Shown here one piece after another: positions 1 to 13,634 of a stretch of DNA of 64,000 bases. Made by a program: the position numbers and the translations under genes. Numbering within the stretch: position 1 is the stretch's first letter; the number at the start of each line of letters is the position of its first letter. Source of the DNA: Octopus vulgaris. Lineage: Eukaryota. Below the pieces are notes generated by a model. That model was not told where the DNA came from. It saw nothing but the letters and a program-made list of their open reading frames with translations, and did not search any database. The stretch spans positions 152,582,001 to 152,646,000 of the forward strand of contig OX597815.1 in assembly GCA_951406725.2 (NCBI GenBank), written 5' to 3'.

Positions 1-1485
1 AGAATTCCGAGTAGAAGTAGGGGTCCATCAAGGTTCAGTCCTCATCCCCCTCCGATTTATCATAGTCCTCTAGGCAATAACAGAGGAATTCAAGACAGGA
101 TACCCCTGAGAGCTCCTCTATGCTGACGACCTTGCTCTAATTGCTGAGTCACTATCAGAACTAGAGGAAAAGTTTCAGGTGTGAAAGCAAGGATTAGAAT
201 CGAAGGGTCTTAGAGTCAATCTAGCTAAAACCAAAGTCCTTAATATGTAGGAAGGCAGACAAACTACAAATCCCTTCAGGTAGATGGCCTTGCTCGATCT
301 GTAGAAAAGGTGTAGGTAGAAACTCTGTAAGATGTACCCAATGTAAGCTATGAACACATAAGAAGTGCAGCAATATCAAATGAAGGCTAACTGGGAAGGT
401 AGTTTTTGTATGTTGCGGATGCTCAGGAGCAATAAACACTGGAAATGTGCAGAGAACAACTTCCACCACATTCCAGGGAGAAAAACTAGAAGTAGCTGAT
501 AGCTTCCATTACGTAGGTGACCAAATCAGTTGCGGGGGAGTGTGCACTGAAAGTGTAACTGCTAGAATAAGAAAAGCCTGGGCAAAGTTCAGAGAGCTCT
601 TACCCCTGCTGGCGACAAAGGGCCTCTCGCTCAGAGTAAAAGGTAGACTGTATGATGCATGTGTATGAACAGCCATGCTACATGGCAGTGGAACATGGGC
701 TGTGACTACTAAGGACATGTGTAAGCTCGCAAGGAATGAAGCCAGTACGCTCCGATGGATGTGTAATGTTATTGTGCATACTCAACAGAATGTAAGTACC
801 TTGAGAGAAAAGTTGGGCCTAAGAAGCATCAGAATTGATGTGCAAGAGAGATGACTGTGCTGGTATGGTCATGTAGTGAAAATGGATGAAGATAGCTGTG
901 TGAAAAGTGCCACACCCTAGCAGTTGAGGGAACCTGTGGAAGAAGTAGACCCAGGAAGACCTGGGATGAGGTGGTGAAGCATGACCTTCGAACATTAGGC
1001 CTCACCGAGGCAATGACTAGTGACCAAGACCTTTGGAAATATGCTGTGCGTGAGAAGACCCAGCAAGCCAAGTGAGACCATAATCCATGGCCTTCGCCAG
1101 GGGTGTAACCAGCCCACTTATGCATATCTTTCCTTCATTGAACACCTAACTCTGCTTGTGAAGACCTGTTGATGCAAGTGAAATCAAAATCGAATCAATT
1201 TCAGTGACTGGCACTCATGCCAGTGGAGCACTAAGAGCACCATTCGAGTGTGATCATTGCCAGAGCAGCTGACTGGCTTCCATGCCAGTGGCACGTAAGA
1301 ATGCCAGTGGCACATAAAAAAATATTCGAGCAAGGTCATTGTTAGTGCTGCTGGACTGGCTCCTGTGCAGGTGGCATGTAAAAAATACCATTTGAGCATG
1401 GCCATTGCCAGTACCACCTGACTGGCCCTCATGCCGGCACATAAAAGCACCCATAAAAGCGGACGTTAAACAATGATGATGATGA
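1..1485 (+). mobile_element. RTE-clade LINE 3' portion, degenerate RT plus 3' UTR
   Basis: GVHQGSVL..LF, ELLYADDL, L.VN..KTK, F.Y.G motifs with in-frame stops; ends in (gat)n tail. Confidence 0.85.
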
Positions 1486-2789
1486 TATATATATGTATAT
1501 ATATACCTTGTATTTCTTATTCATTTATGTCATTAGACTGTGGCCATGCTGGAGCATCATCTTGAAAATCTTTAGTTAAATGAATCATCCTCAGAACTTA
1601 TTTTTTCTTAAGCCTGATACTGATTCTACCAGTCTCCTTTGCCAGACTACAAGAAATGATAAACAAAGTCTAGAAGGTATCAAATGTACATGACCTCTAA
1701 CTCAACTGTAAGAAAATAAAAATCATGGAAGTAGGAAAAGAAAAAGTAAATGTTAACATTTTACCGGGCAGAGAGAGGCACAAACAGGTTGAAAATTGGT
1801 GGTGCAGTACAGAATGGTATTGTTGTCGGAAAAATTAATAGTAGTAGTAGTAGATATTTAGGGCTAGAATTGGAGTCTAAAAACAGTTTGCCAACTAAAA
1901 TGTGAGTGTTGATGAAGTGTGGGCTTGATGAAACTTTACATTGAAGTCGTCTCGATGCCACTCCATTTATGGAGCTGTTCACTTCTAAAGTTCCGTTAGG
2001 CTGAAAAAAGCTTTCAGAAACACTTTTGCTGCAGGTAAAGTTATTTCATTTCTGTTTCTGTTGAAAAGATTATTTTATTTTGAGAACACTAGAAGAGATG
2101 ACCAGGGCTGTCGCTAAGCCCCTGCAACCCCTACAGTTACAAGGGGCCTCTGTGGTTGAAATCAAAGTGCATAGATGAGTCATCATCTATTTACTTTGGT
2201 TAAGATGTTGAACAAGAATTAAACTATGTTAACTGAAATTTTCAACAAATAAAATGGTAATACATTGTACCTGCAAAAGTTCTATATTGAACCACGAACG
2301 TGTACCAGACTTTGTGGATTGTCTATGATATCTATTGAACACAAACTTAGCTCTCGGCTTGATTATTCTGAACTGATTGATGATTTCAGGAAGTGAAAAG
2401 TGTGCTGTGTTTGTCTTTGAAAGTTGCCTGGATTATAAAAGTGCTCTTTTATTCATATCTGCGAGTTTTACTTGTTGAAATTTGTAATAGACCTAAATGA
2501 ATTTAACTTGTACTTTTAAGGATGTTCTTTGGGATAACGTGAAATATTGAACTTCAGATAGAATAAAGTAAAATATAGCTGTGAATAAAAGGTGCATAGA
2601 TTATGAATTTTGATTGAAGGAATGGGACCTCGGGACAAAAAGTCATGCGACAGAACTGGATATGACTTATGCAAGAGAACTGTATTGTCAAGGTAGAATA
2701 TGAGCTATGAATAACACGACTAGAGAGAATCAGACTATGATGTGCTTTTTTTAATTGATTATCTAAGACATGTCTTGTTTCTTTTACAG

Positions 2790-2904
2790 CGATTTGTAAT
2801 GAAGACACAATATTTACTGACAATATATTTTTCAACTGGCCAATGACAAAAATAGGAACTTCTGTGACAATTCCATGTCATGCGAATATAGCAACAAGAT
2901 ACTG
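2790..2904 (+). CDS. aGPCR exon: HormR N-half ([38 protein letters not shown])
   Basis: Acceptor ttttacag, donor gttcgt; phase 1/2; WP.T..G...PC and TRYC motif. Confidence 0.88.
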
Positions 2905-3902
2905 GTTCGTTTGCATTGTTTTATTCTTTTTCTAATTTCAAAGTTTTCATTGTGTCATCATTTTCACAAGAGATTTAGATGACAGAATTAATATCCATCA
3001 GTTCAAATCATTGAACACACCTATTTTACATTTACTTGGTATATGGCATAATTTTGCTTTGGTCTAACTACCAATGCTTGGATTGTTGTTAATGTCAGAC
3101 AGAGCTTTAGAAGATTTGGAAAGATTCATGTGAATCCAGGATTCTCAAGTTACAAAATAAATGTAAGAAAGAAAACATATCTAGATACAGCCAATAGAAT
3201 TTATGAAGTAATTCTATTGATTTCAAGGTAATTTTATTTAATAGAAATATTGCATTTCTAAACCTCTCATAGAGATTTATACAGTAGCAGCACTGTAGCA
3301 ACACTAAATATGTTGCCAACTTTATGTGGTAGTCCCATGAAAGGGAGGAATGCTACTGTTATTTAGCCCTTGGAAACGGTGTTTCCTAGGGCTAAGTAGC
3401 AGTAATATTCTTCCCTTTCATGGGACTGCCACATCAAATTGGCAACATAACATCACTTTATGTAATTTTATGATAAAGGATAGAATATGATGCGAAGCAA
3501 AGAAAGCAGGTTGTGTTGGGACTTAACTCTTCATAGATGATGTTACAAGGTGACTCTTTTCTGATTTCTACCACACCATTCCACTTACTAATCCCCTAAA
3601 TTGTTCCTCTCAGAGGCTGAGATTTATAAGTTTTAAGATAAAGTCAGCAGGTGCAATTAATCAAACCAGTCTAATTATGGAAAACTGGATGTATAGCTGC
3701 TGTTGTGACAGATGATGACAACGATGATGATAATGAAGATGATGAAAAGAAGATGAAAGAAAAAGAAAGAGAAAAAGAAGGGAGGGGATGGAATGAAGAG
3801 AGGATGAGGAAAAGGAAGGTATTCATCTACTGAACAAGATTATATATATGCTCATTTAACACTAAATGTCATCAATAGACATTCCCATAACATTACCACT
3901 AC

Positions 3903-3938
<36 letters not shown>

Positions 3939-4221
3939 CAAGATAAGAAAATGGAGAAATACATCTAAATCAAATATCAATTACCAGATAATACTCAATC
4001 ACATACTTTATTAAACCACCACATAAGAGACTGTCGGGTTAAACATAAAAAAGCAGAACAAATCAGATATATATATATATATATACTATCTCCACCAAAT
4101 CAGCCCCAGTGCATTTTTTTAAGCCTACTTATTCTACCGGTCTCTTCTGTCAAACCACTATGTTACATGGATGTAAACAAACCAACACCAGTTGTCAAGC
4201 AGTATTGTGGACAAACATACT

Positions 4222-4253
<32 letters not shown>

Positions 4254-4558
4254 CACATATGATGAGCTTCTTTGTGTTTCTGTCAACCAAATCTACTCAC
4301 AAGGCTTTGGTTGACCCAAGGATTTGGTAGAAAGCACTTGCCCAAGGTGACACGCAGCAGGACAGAACCCTGAACCATGTAGTTGGGAAGCAAACATCTT
4401 ACCTCACATCCATGCCTAACACTGCTTAAACATTGCATTCATGGTACTTTTACTCAAAGGAAGATTTCAGCATGAACTGTAATCTAATGAAATCCTAATT
4501 AATCATTTGTGTGTATGTGTATCTATGTGTGTACACGAGTGTGTATTGGTGTGTGTGC

Positions 4559-4596
<38 letters not shown>

Positions 4597-7500
4597 TGTG
4601 TCACTTAAAGTTGTGCTTGGAAACTGAATAAGGTGCAAGTTACTAGTACTTGTCGGTAACATTTTGTCTTTTTTTTGTCTCCTCATCTTCTTATAGTAAT
4701 TACCCAGCTTTCTAGGCCCTTCTCACAGCTATCACACATTCAAAAATCATACTCGTATTTAAAAAGAATTTCATTCAATAAATAATGTTTTTGCATTAAC
4801 AGTGAATTAAAACTTAAAAGAGAAAGTGAGAGACTTTGTAAATGAAAATGGAATACTCCACAGTGGATGCAATAAATATTTAAATTTGTGATGAATTAGA
4901 CACGGTGAATACTTAAATTTGTGAGAAATCGGAGTTAAAATTCAATAAACTGAGAAATTGAAATTATAGGAAATTTCTTGGGACATGAATTTATAAAAAA
5001 TTTTCAGACGGTCAACCCTTTAATGATAGCTTTCTTTTAGTACTTTTAATAATTGTTATATACCTAATTAATAAACAGCCTTCTCCATTATCATATAGAT
5101 AATGTCTGTAACATAACAATAATTATTCATATAATGTTTATAGCATAACAATAATTATTTATATAATACCTATAACATAATGATAATTATTTATATAATG
5201 TCTATATTGAAACCACTAATTAGTTATGTAATATTTATGTCAAATGTTTCTGCCTGTAAACTTTATTTCTTCCTGGTTCTGTGGATTGTATTTTTCTTTT
5301 TTTTTTAGTTGTTGTTTTCCAGCAGGGAACTCTTCTATTCCATCATACATGTTTTACTGTCCTATTCATTGACCCAAATTTACTTCACTATTTAGAGCAC
5401 TTGTTTTTCGGCTAGGCAAATACAAATCCATTAAATGATAAATCTAATCTGTTGTTAGGAATGTAACAGAAGGCTAGAGATGGAATATGAACATTTGACC
5501 CCATTCCTCAACTTTAATTAGCAGGCTATTGCCCTAATTACTTATACCACTTAAACCTAACTTGTATCAGATAATCATAAAAAATAACAAAGCATAAAGT
5601 AGTAAATGGATGTAGACAGTAATTTTTTGTTAAATCTTGATAGGGAATGTTTTTGATAGGCTTTTGTGGACAGTGAATTGGTGCAAACAACAGGTTGATG
5701 GACAAACTATTTACGTGTTCTGTATTTATGTTTGTCCTGCTAGACTATGAGTTCACATCCAAGCATGACCAATATTTTCCTTACGTTCCTGTGAGATTGA
5801 TAAAATAACCACAAATAAACACGACTGACAATATTTTACTTTTATTTTTCAGTTCTTACAGCACAGCTTTACATCTAGGAATTCCAACAAGCCACTCAAA
5901 CACAACACAAAAGTGTAAACCATTTACTGGTGTCTGGCAAAAACCAAAAATGTCTCAGTGTAACAATACAGAATGGATCACTCAGAAACTCAAAGACATC
6001 CACAGACAAGACATTAATCAAGGTAAGTGAACAACTGTGTTTCGAAATCATCATCATCAGCATCCCTTAAATGATGCTGCCAGTTGTTTGGTTGCATCTC
6101 TAGTTACTTTTATAGTCAACTGTTGTCACTGTTCTCTGTTCTCTGTCATGCATAGCAGGTTTGCTGTGTTGCGACCTGTCCACTCCTTGAGATTGGCAAA
6201 CTAGGATATTTTCTGTCTGTCTGTTTCTCTTTCACCCACCCTCAACTGTTTCCTGAAGAATGGTTTTTGACAGGGAGTTGTGGCAGGATACATGACCATA
6301 CCAGGAAAGCTTTTGTATTTTTACCTGTGCAAGAGGAAGATGAGCAAGGGGAATAACCATGTAGTATAATATTGGGTTGGTGCATAATTATTGCGGTTTT
6401 TTCTCTACAAATTTTATTCAACATAAACAATAACAATATTTTACAAAAACAGTAATTGAAGTGGATGGTGAACATGCTCCAGAATAATCATTTAAGGATG
6501 TTTTTTGTTACATGTTGTTATTGTTTTTGTTCAACTAAATTTGTTGAAAAAAAAAAAGCTACAATAATTATGCATCAACCCAATATTAGTAAAAGTAGTT
6601 CGGTCCCAGATCAGCTTCAACTCAGCATAGGCATTTTAATCATGACCATTCCATTTTCTCTCTAATGCAGTGGAGTGTGATTTGAGCAGAAGTGTAGTTG
6701 CTATTTCTAGTAGAACAGGTGACTAATTAGAGGCTCTTTCAATGATTCACAGTATATTAGTTGATATGTGTGAGTTGTTTTAATGTAAGGTGGATATGGT
6801 GCTATGTGGAGGTTGACTGCCAAGCAGGGGGGAAAAGCTCCAGACCAGTAAGCCATGTAGATTTTGGGTGTGTTTGAAGGAAGGGATTGGGGAAGAAAGA
6901 GGAAGTGGTGAGGTCGGATTAAAGTGCACAGAAAGTGCATAAAATAGTACGATGAAGAGGAAGAGTAGAGGGGATAGGTGTAGGACAGTCAGAGATGTTT
7001 GATGCAGGGTCAATAACTCAAGCATAAGTGAGGGAAGCATGGACTATAGTGGAGGGTGCATCCATGGTAGTTGAAGTAGCAGGCCATGAATTGGGACTGT
7101 CTGGAAGTCATTGCCATCATTAGAGTGCCAATGGAGAGAGAGAGAGGAACTGAAAGTAGGAGGTAGACAATTTGGTGTGGGTGAGGTGGGAGGAAGTGAA
7201 TTTGAGGTAGGAGCATGAGTCCATATCCTTCTTGTAGATGGAAGTGGTAAGGAGGGGTAGTTAATGGAAACTGAAATATCGAGGAAGTTAACAGAAGTGT
7301 CGGAGACAGAGCAGGAGAATTCAAAGGTGGGGTGGAAGGACAGGATGAAAGAGAGGGAGCTTAGATTTTTGCACGTGAGTGAGGTGGTGCTGATGCAATC
7401 GTTGATATACTGACCATAAAGCTCAGGAGTGGGACCTGTGAACTATGAGAGTATTTGGGCTTCAACATAGCCGACAATCAGGTTTATGTAGTTTTGGCCC

Positions 7501-10500
7501 ACACAGGTTCCTATAACCACTCCTGAGACCAGTTAATAGAACTCTCTAGCAAATGAAAAGCAATTTAGTTGAGAACAAGTTCAGCCCACCAGATGAGGAT
7601 ATAAGTGGTTGGTTGGGAATGGGGACGGAGGTCTAGAAAAATGTTTGACAGTGAGGAGGCCTTATTTATGACGGCCTTGATATTGATGGTAAACAGGAGT
7701 CAGGAAGTTTCAGGAGTAAAAGAGAAAGAATTAAAGAGATAAAGAGCATGGTTGGTGTTGTGAATGTGGGAGAGAAGAGAAGTGATGAGGGGCGTGAGGA
7801 TGAGGTTGATGTTAGATATTGGGAGATTAATTCTGTAGGGCTGAGACAATGGCACAGCCGTATGGGGAGGAAGTAAATGGTAGGGGTGCATTTGATCTGG
7901 ACAATGATGTTGGAGATTATGTGGAATAGAAGGGAGGTGGAAATGAGTTTGTGAATAGTAAAGGATGCAAATTGTTGGTAGTGAGGCATGGGTTGGAGGG
8001 CAGATGATGAAAGAAAGAAGTGTATCTTGGTGGAGAACTTCAGCTCCGTAGAGATCTTCATGCAACAAAACCACAGCTCCTCCCTTGTTAACCGTTTTGA
8101 TGATGAGATCCCCCATTGCGTCAGAGGGAATGAGAGTTTTGCTTTGGGAGTTGCACTGTTTTAGGGTCCGGTAACAAGTGTTTTTGAACTGATCACCTAC
8201 ATGGAACTAGCCAAGTGTTTGACATCCAGCGGGATGGTCAACGACCCAAGTCAGAGAAGCAGTCTTGTCCGTTAGATGCAGGTGGAGAATTATGAAAGTA
8301 TACAAAGTGTTGGACACCAGCATGAGTGTGAAACTTGTTACTGGACAATGTGACACACATGAAATGGAGATCCATAATAAAGAGAAAATGCTCAGCTTCA
8401 GAGAGAGGAAGATCAGGCGGGATAGTTACCCTGGTCTTGTTCCCTATATCTATTACTGAAGGTGGTACTGAAATGACTGCTGACTTCTCATTTCAAACAG
8501 GTAGTTCGCTACTGTGCCTTTGCTCCAGTAGTTATTTCATAAATCAACATAGATTTTCTAGAAGTGCAACTTGCATCCTGGTTCCCTCCTTCCATCATTT
8601 CTAGTGCCATGTAGCTCTTCTCATTGTTATGAGTTTCCTGTGGAGAATGCTCAACAGGTCCATGAAAAGTTCTCACACCTCTACCTTCATCTACCTTAAA
8701 CTCTTAAGCTTCTGTACAAATTGATGGATTTTACTGGCTGTGTTACTCAAGATTTAGGTAAGATTCACTTATTTCTTCTCCACCAGACTGAACATCTCAG
8801 CTGCTAGAGCAATGATGGTGGTGGTGGTGGTGGTGGTGGTAGTCATCTGAATCAATGATACACATTATCCTTAACCATCACTTCCAAAATGGTATCAATA
8901 TCTTAATAAAAATGGAGTCCTATTTTGTTAGCTTGTAGCCAATTTATCTGGTGGTGTTCTGTCTCTTTGTGAGAGTTTGGGGCTTGCAAAAACTGAAAGT
9001 AGTGCATCCTATTGTCCTTTTGGTTTCTCAAACTGAGTGATATGGTCTTCATGAAAACTGATCAATATTCATTCTTAGACCTATTTTCATCTAGGTTCAC
9101 CTTGTCAATGCATCAATACTTTCATTAAAATTAATGACTGTTTGTGATGGTTATCCATCACTCATAAATGACATTTAAGTACAAACAGCCACCACTAAAT
9201 GTATACCTTACTCAGCTACAAGGAGTTCCGTGATGAGTGTTATACTTCAGTGTTCATTCAACTCACCCAATGCTATCACCATCATCATTATCATTTAACG
9301 TCCATCTTCCATGCTAGCATGGGTGGGATGGTACCACAAGAGCTAGCCAGGCTGAAGCCTGCACCAGTTTCTGTGACTGTTTTGGCGCAGGCTTCAGCCT
9401 GGCTGGCTCTTGTGGTACTGTCCTGCCCATAACAATGAGTTCACAACTGAGGAACTGAACATATCTCTATGTTATATGAAGTGAAGTTGTTAATTAACTT
9501 CCAGTGATTCCTTAATTGTTTTGTGGCATTTAATTTACATCTGATATTTCATCTCAAAGTAACTGCAAATTTCATTAAATTTCCTGTTGAATTTTCCATT
9601 GCAGGAAATATCGAAAAGTTCTCAAGACAGCTCAGGAATATTTCAGAGAAATCATTGTATTTCAAAGAAGAAGATTTTAATTTGGCTGTGGACATTCATG
9701 AGAAAATGGTGCCATTGATATCGAGGGTGTCCACAAATATAACTCTGAACTATATACTGCTTAGTATTAACAATATGGAAGACACACCAGAGAGGATTTT
9801 GAATGGGGCAGAACAAGCTAGTAGAAGTGTCACCAGGTAATACTCAAATCCCTTGTTGTTGTTGTAGTAGTAGTAGTAGTAGTAGTAGTTACTGTTGTTG
9901 TTGTAGTGGTGGTTGCAGCAGCAGTGAACAGTATTAGAAGAAGAAGAAGAAGAAGAAAAAGAAGAAGACGACGACGACATAACAACAGCAGCATAAACAA
10001 TGAAATTAGATGCATTAACACTGTCAATAGCAAAAGCAAAAGTAGAGGAAACAACAGCAACATATCAACATTTGTTAATTGAAATTAGTGTAATTACACC
10101 TGTAGTTAATAATGAATTTGAAAAATACACTGTTTACTGAAAGTTATTTTCTTGATTTTCCTATAGAATGCTGGACATTATAGAAACAATCCCAGACCAG
10201 ATTTCATTGGAAGAACAGCAAGTCACAGTTTTATATTCTAATCTTGGTATTGGTGTTATCAAAGTGGAAAACGACACTTTCAATGGTTCTTCTTTTGGTG
10301 TTTTACCTGGAAATCCTGAAACTAAAGCCAAGACATTGGTACAATACTTTTTTCTGATTACTTTCTAACTAACTGTTTATTCTAGTCATTCAAGTTGATA
10401 AAATTTGAGGGTGAACTGAAAAGTTCATACATTCACTATGAAAGAATTAATGATAGAGCTGTGAAATCTTGCTTGCATTAATTTCAGGCTTTCTTATTAA

Positions 10501-13500
10501 TAACTACATTATTTCTTTCCAGGTAAACTGACATCTGACTGTTGAAAGAAAACTTCAAAAGTAACTAGTAGCAACAACAGATATGACATTATCATCACTG
10601 CAATACTCCTTCTCAGTCAACTGATTTTTTTATGTTGGGAAACATGATAGTCTGATGGGTCCAAATCAGGAAAATAGGGAGGGTGATCAACCAGTTCAAA
10701 GCCACCGTCATTAAACAACAGCCATTAAAACCAAGGACTTGCATACTGGAGCATTGTACTGATGAAACAAGATTCCTTTAATCAGTTTTCCTGGACATTT
10801 GGTTTTCATAGCCTTTTATAACTCCCCCAGCAAGTCAGCATAACACTCTCCATTGATGATGTGACCCGTTTGAAGATAGTCAATAACCACACTGCCTTTT
10901 GCATCCCAAAAAACTGAGGCCATTATCTTCCCTGCAGATGAAATGACCTTGGCCTTGTTTGGAGCAGATGAGGAAGGGTGTTTCCACTGCATAGACTGTC
11001 TCTTTGTCTCTGGCTCAAAGTGATGAACTCAACACTCATCCTGGCTTAGGAAACAAAACAGTGCCAGATTTTCCTGTGATGTAATCAACCTGGTGTGCTT
11101 TTGATCAGGTGTTAGAAGACGTAGCCCTCACCAAGCAGAAACTTTCATCCTGCAAAGTTTGTTGAGCAGAATGTTCTCAACTTTTTCACAGGATATGCTA
11201 ATAGCATTGGCTATTTGATTTATAGTCAATCGCCTGTCATCCATCTGCATGTGGTAAGCATGATCAATGTTTTCCTCGGTGGTGGCAGTTACAAATGTTC
11301 AGAACTTAGGTCGTCTTCAAGACTCTCCCTGTCCATCCTGAATTCAGCTGCCCACTTTTGCATGGTGTCATCCCCTATATGTAGCAATTATGTCGATATG
11401 AATGTCCTTGGGGGCTAAAGACTTTTTCTACAGGTACATGATGTCACCATGATGCCAAATTTTGTCAGAAGTCACAACTAGTTACTTTCAAAATCTTCTT
11501 TGAACAGTCAGATGTCAGTTTACCCCCCAAAAAAACAAAAAACAATGCCATTATTAAGAAGGGCTGAAATTAATGCATGCAAGGTTTCACAGATCTAGCA
11601 TCATTCCTTTATAGTCAGCCTATAAACCTTTTAGCCACCCTCAGACATTAGAACAAAATATATCTTTATTGTCGTATAGAGTTGTTATGGTACATTATTT
11701 CACACAGCTTACAATTTAAATGCAAAATTATATATATATATATATATATTAGGGAGTATGGTTCCAAACTTACAAGGAAAAATTAGATTTAGTATTAAAA
11801 CAAATTTAACAGTATAAATATATAAAATATGAATTAGAGATAAAACCACTATTAGGCAACTCAAACAGTGATAGACATAAACCAATACATAAATAACAAA
11901 TAATATAAATATAATTAATATAATATATAATATATATATATAAAAATTCTTTTTTGTTATGTTTTACTTTTTATTTTTTTATTTTATTCTTTTTTTTTCA
12001 AAAAGTATAAAAAGAATGCTAAATATAATATAAGTAAAACCACAATATACGTTTCATGGCTATAATCAAATTCGAATTACAATTAATTTTAAATTCAATT
12101 GAAATAAATTTGAACTAAAATTATAGTCAATCTTCAGGTTAATGATAATAGTTAAATAAATAAGCAAATTGAGTTAAACAATATTTTTTAAGAAATAAAT
12201 AAAATAATAATTTTTCTTATAAAAACACTGCATTATCTAAAATTATATAAAATTAATCAATTTTTATAAGATTTTTAGAGTATATACAGTAATTAGTAGT
12301 TATATAAATTATTTAATTTATAGAGTTTTGAGTATAATTTATTGTATTTATTTTTAATTATAAATTTTATAGTATATAGTGATTATATCCTCTAATAGTG
12401 ACTTTGTTCTCTTTATCTATTATAGCTAAAACAGCCGTCTTTTCCATTGATAATATTTATTCGTAATTTTCATTGATAAAATATATTCGTAGTTTTCATT
12501 GTTAAAAGAATTTTCCATCTGTTTATCCTATTTCTGTTAATAACGTAATTCCACGAGTATTCTTATAAACGCTTAAAAGACGTTTTTCGTTTTAAAATTT
12601 TAGTTAATGACATGGTTTTTGAAAGCTAAATAACCCTTTTCTATTTAAGATTTTTAAAGATATTTCAATAAGTTTTATTGTATCGTATTGTATACTATAT
12701 AACTACTGATTGTTAATTTGATTCTATAATTATTTAGTTGTTGATAATATGTATCTAATTATTAGATTATAACTGTACGTTATTTGTAAGATATTACTTA
12801 GCCAACGAGATATATAGATCATAAAATAGTTATACGGTTCTTTTAAGATAGGTTATACGTTTATAATTTGATTTTTAATCTTTAATTTTTTTAATGTATT
12901 TCATAAATATATTATATTGATATTTAATATTTAAGTAAGTAATAATGGGCTAATTAATTAATTTACTTTTCATTATATGTCTCTATATTTATTGATAGAG
13001 TAAATTTTAGATTTTAATTACTATATTTGTTGATAATAATTTAGCTATTATTTTAAATATTTTATAATTATTAGATGTGAACTTAAATCTAAAAATATGA
13101 ATAGTGATTATTTTGTTAAATAATTTGGTAATTAGATATTGGACTATAACTGAGTTAAGGATATTCATGAGTTTATTATGTTTTTAAAGCTATATTATAT
13201 CTTCATAGATAAATACATATTTCTATCAATTTTTTTACCTTAAAAATAAATATTAATATAATAAATGGGTTGTATGACATAATCCTAACGTTTTAATTTT
13301 CTAATTTAGATAATGCAGTTTTTTTATAAGAAAAATTATTATTTTATTTATTTCTTAAAAATATTGTTTAACTCTATTTGCTTATTTATTTAACTATTAT
13401 CATTAACCTGAAGATTGATTCTAATTCTAGTTCAAATTTATTTCAATTGAATTTAAACTTAATAGAAATTCAAATTTAACTATAGCCATGAAACGTACGT

Positions 13501-13595
13501 AGTGGTTTTACTTATTATATTATATTTATCATTCTTTTTCTACTTTTTGAAAAAATAAATAAATTTTAAAAAAATTAAAAATTGAAAAAAGGAAT

Positions 13596-13634
<39 letters not shown>

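Noticed and set aside
12250-13300. Mitochondrial insertion (NUMT), suspected from extreme AT content
   Set aside because: No recognisable mitochondrial gene motifs; enclosed by inverted arms typical of a mobile element.
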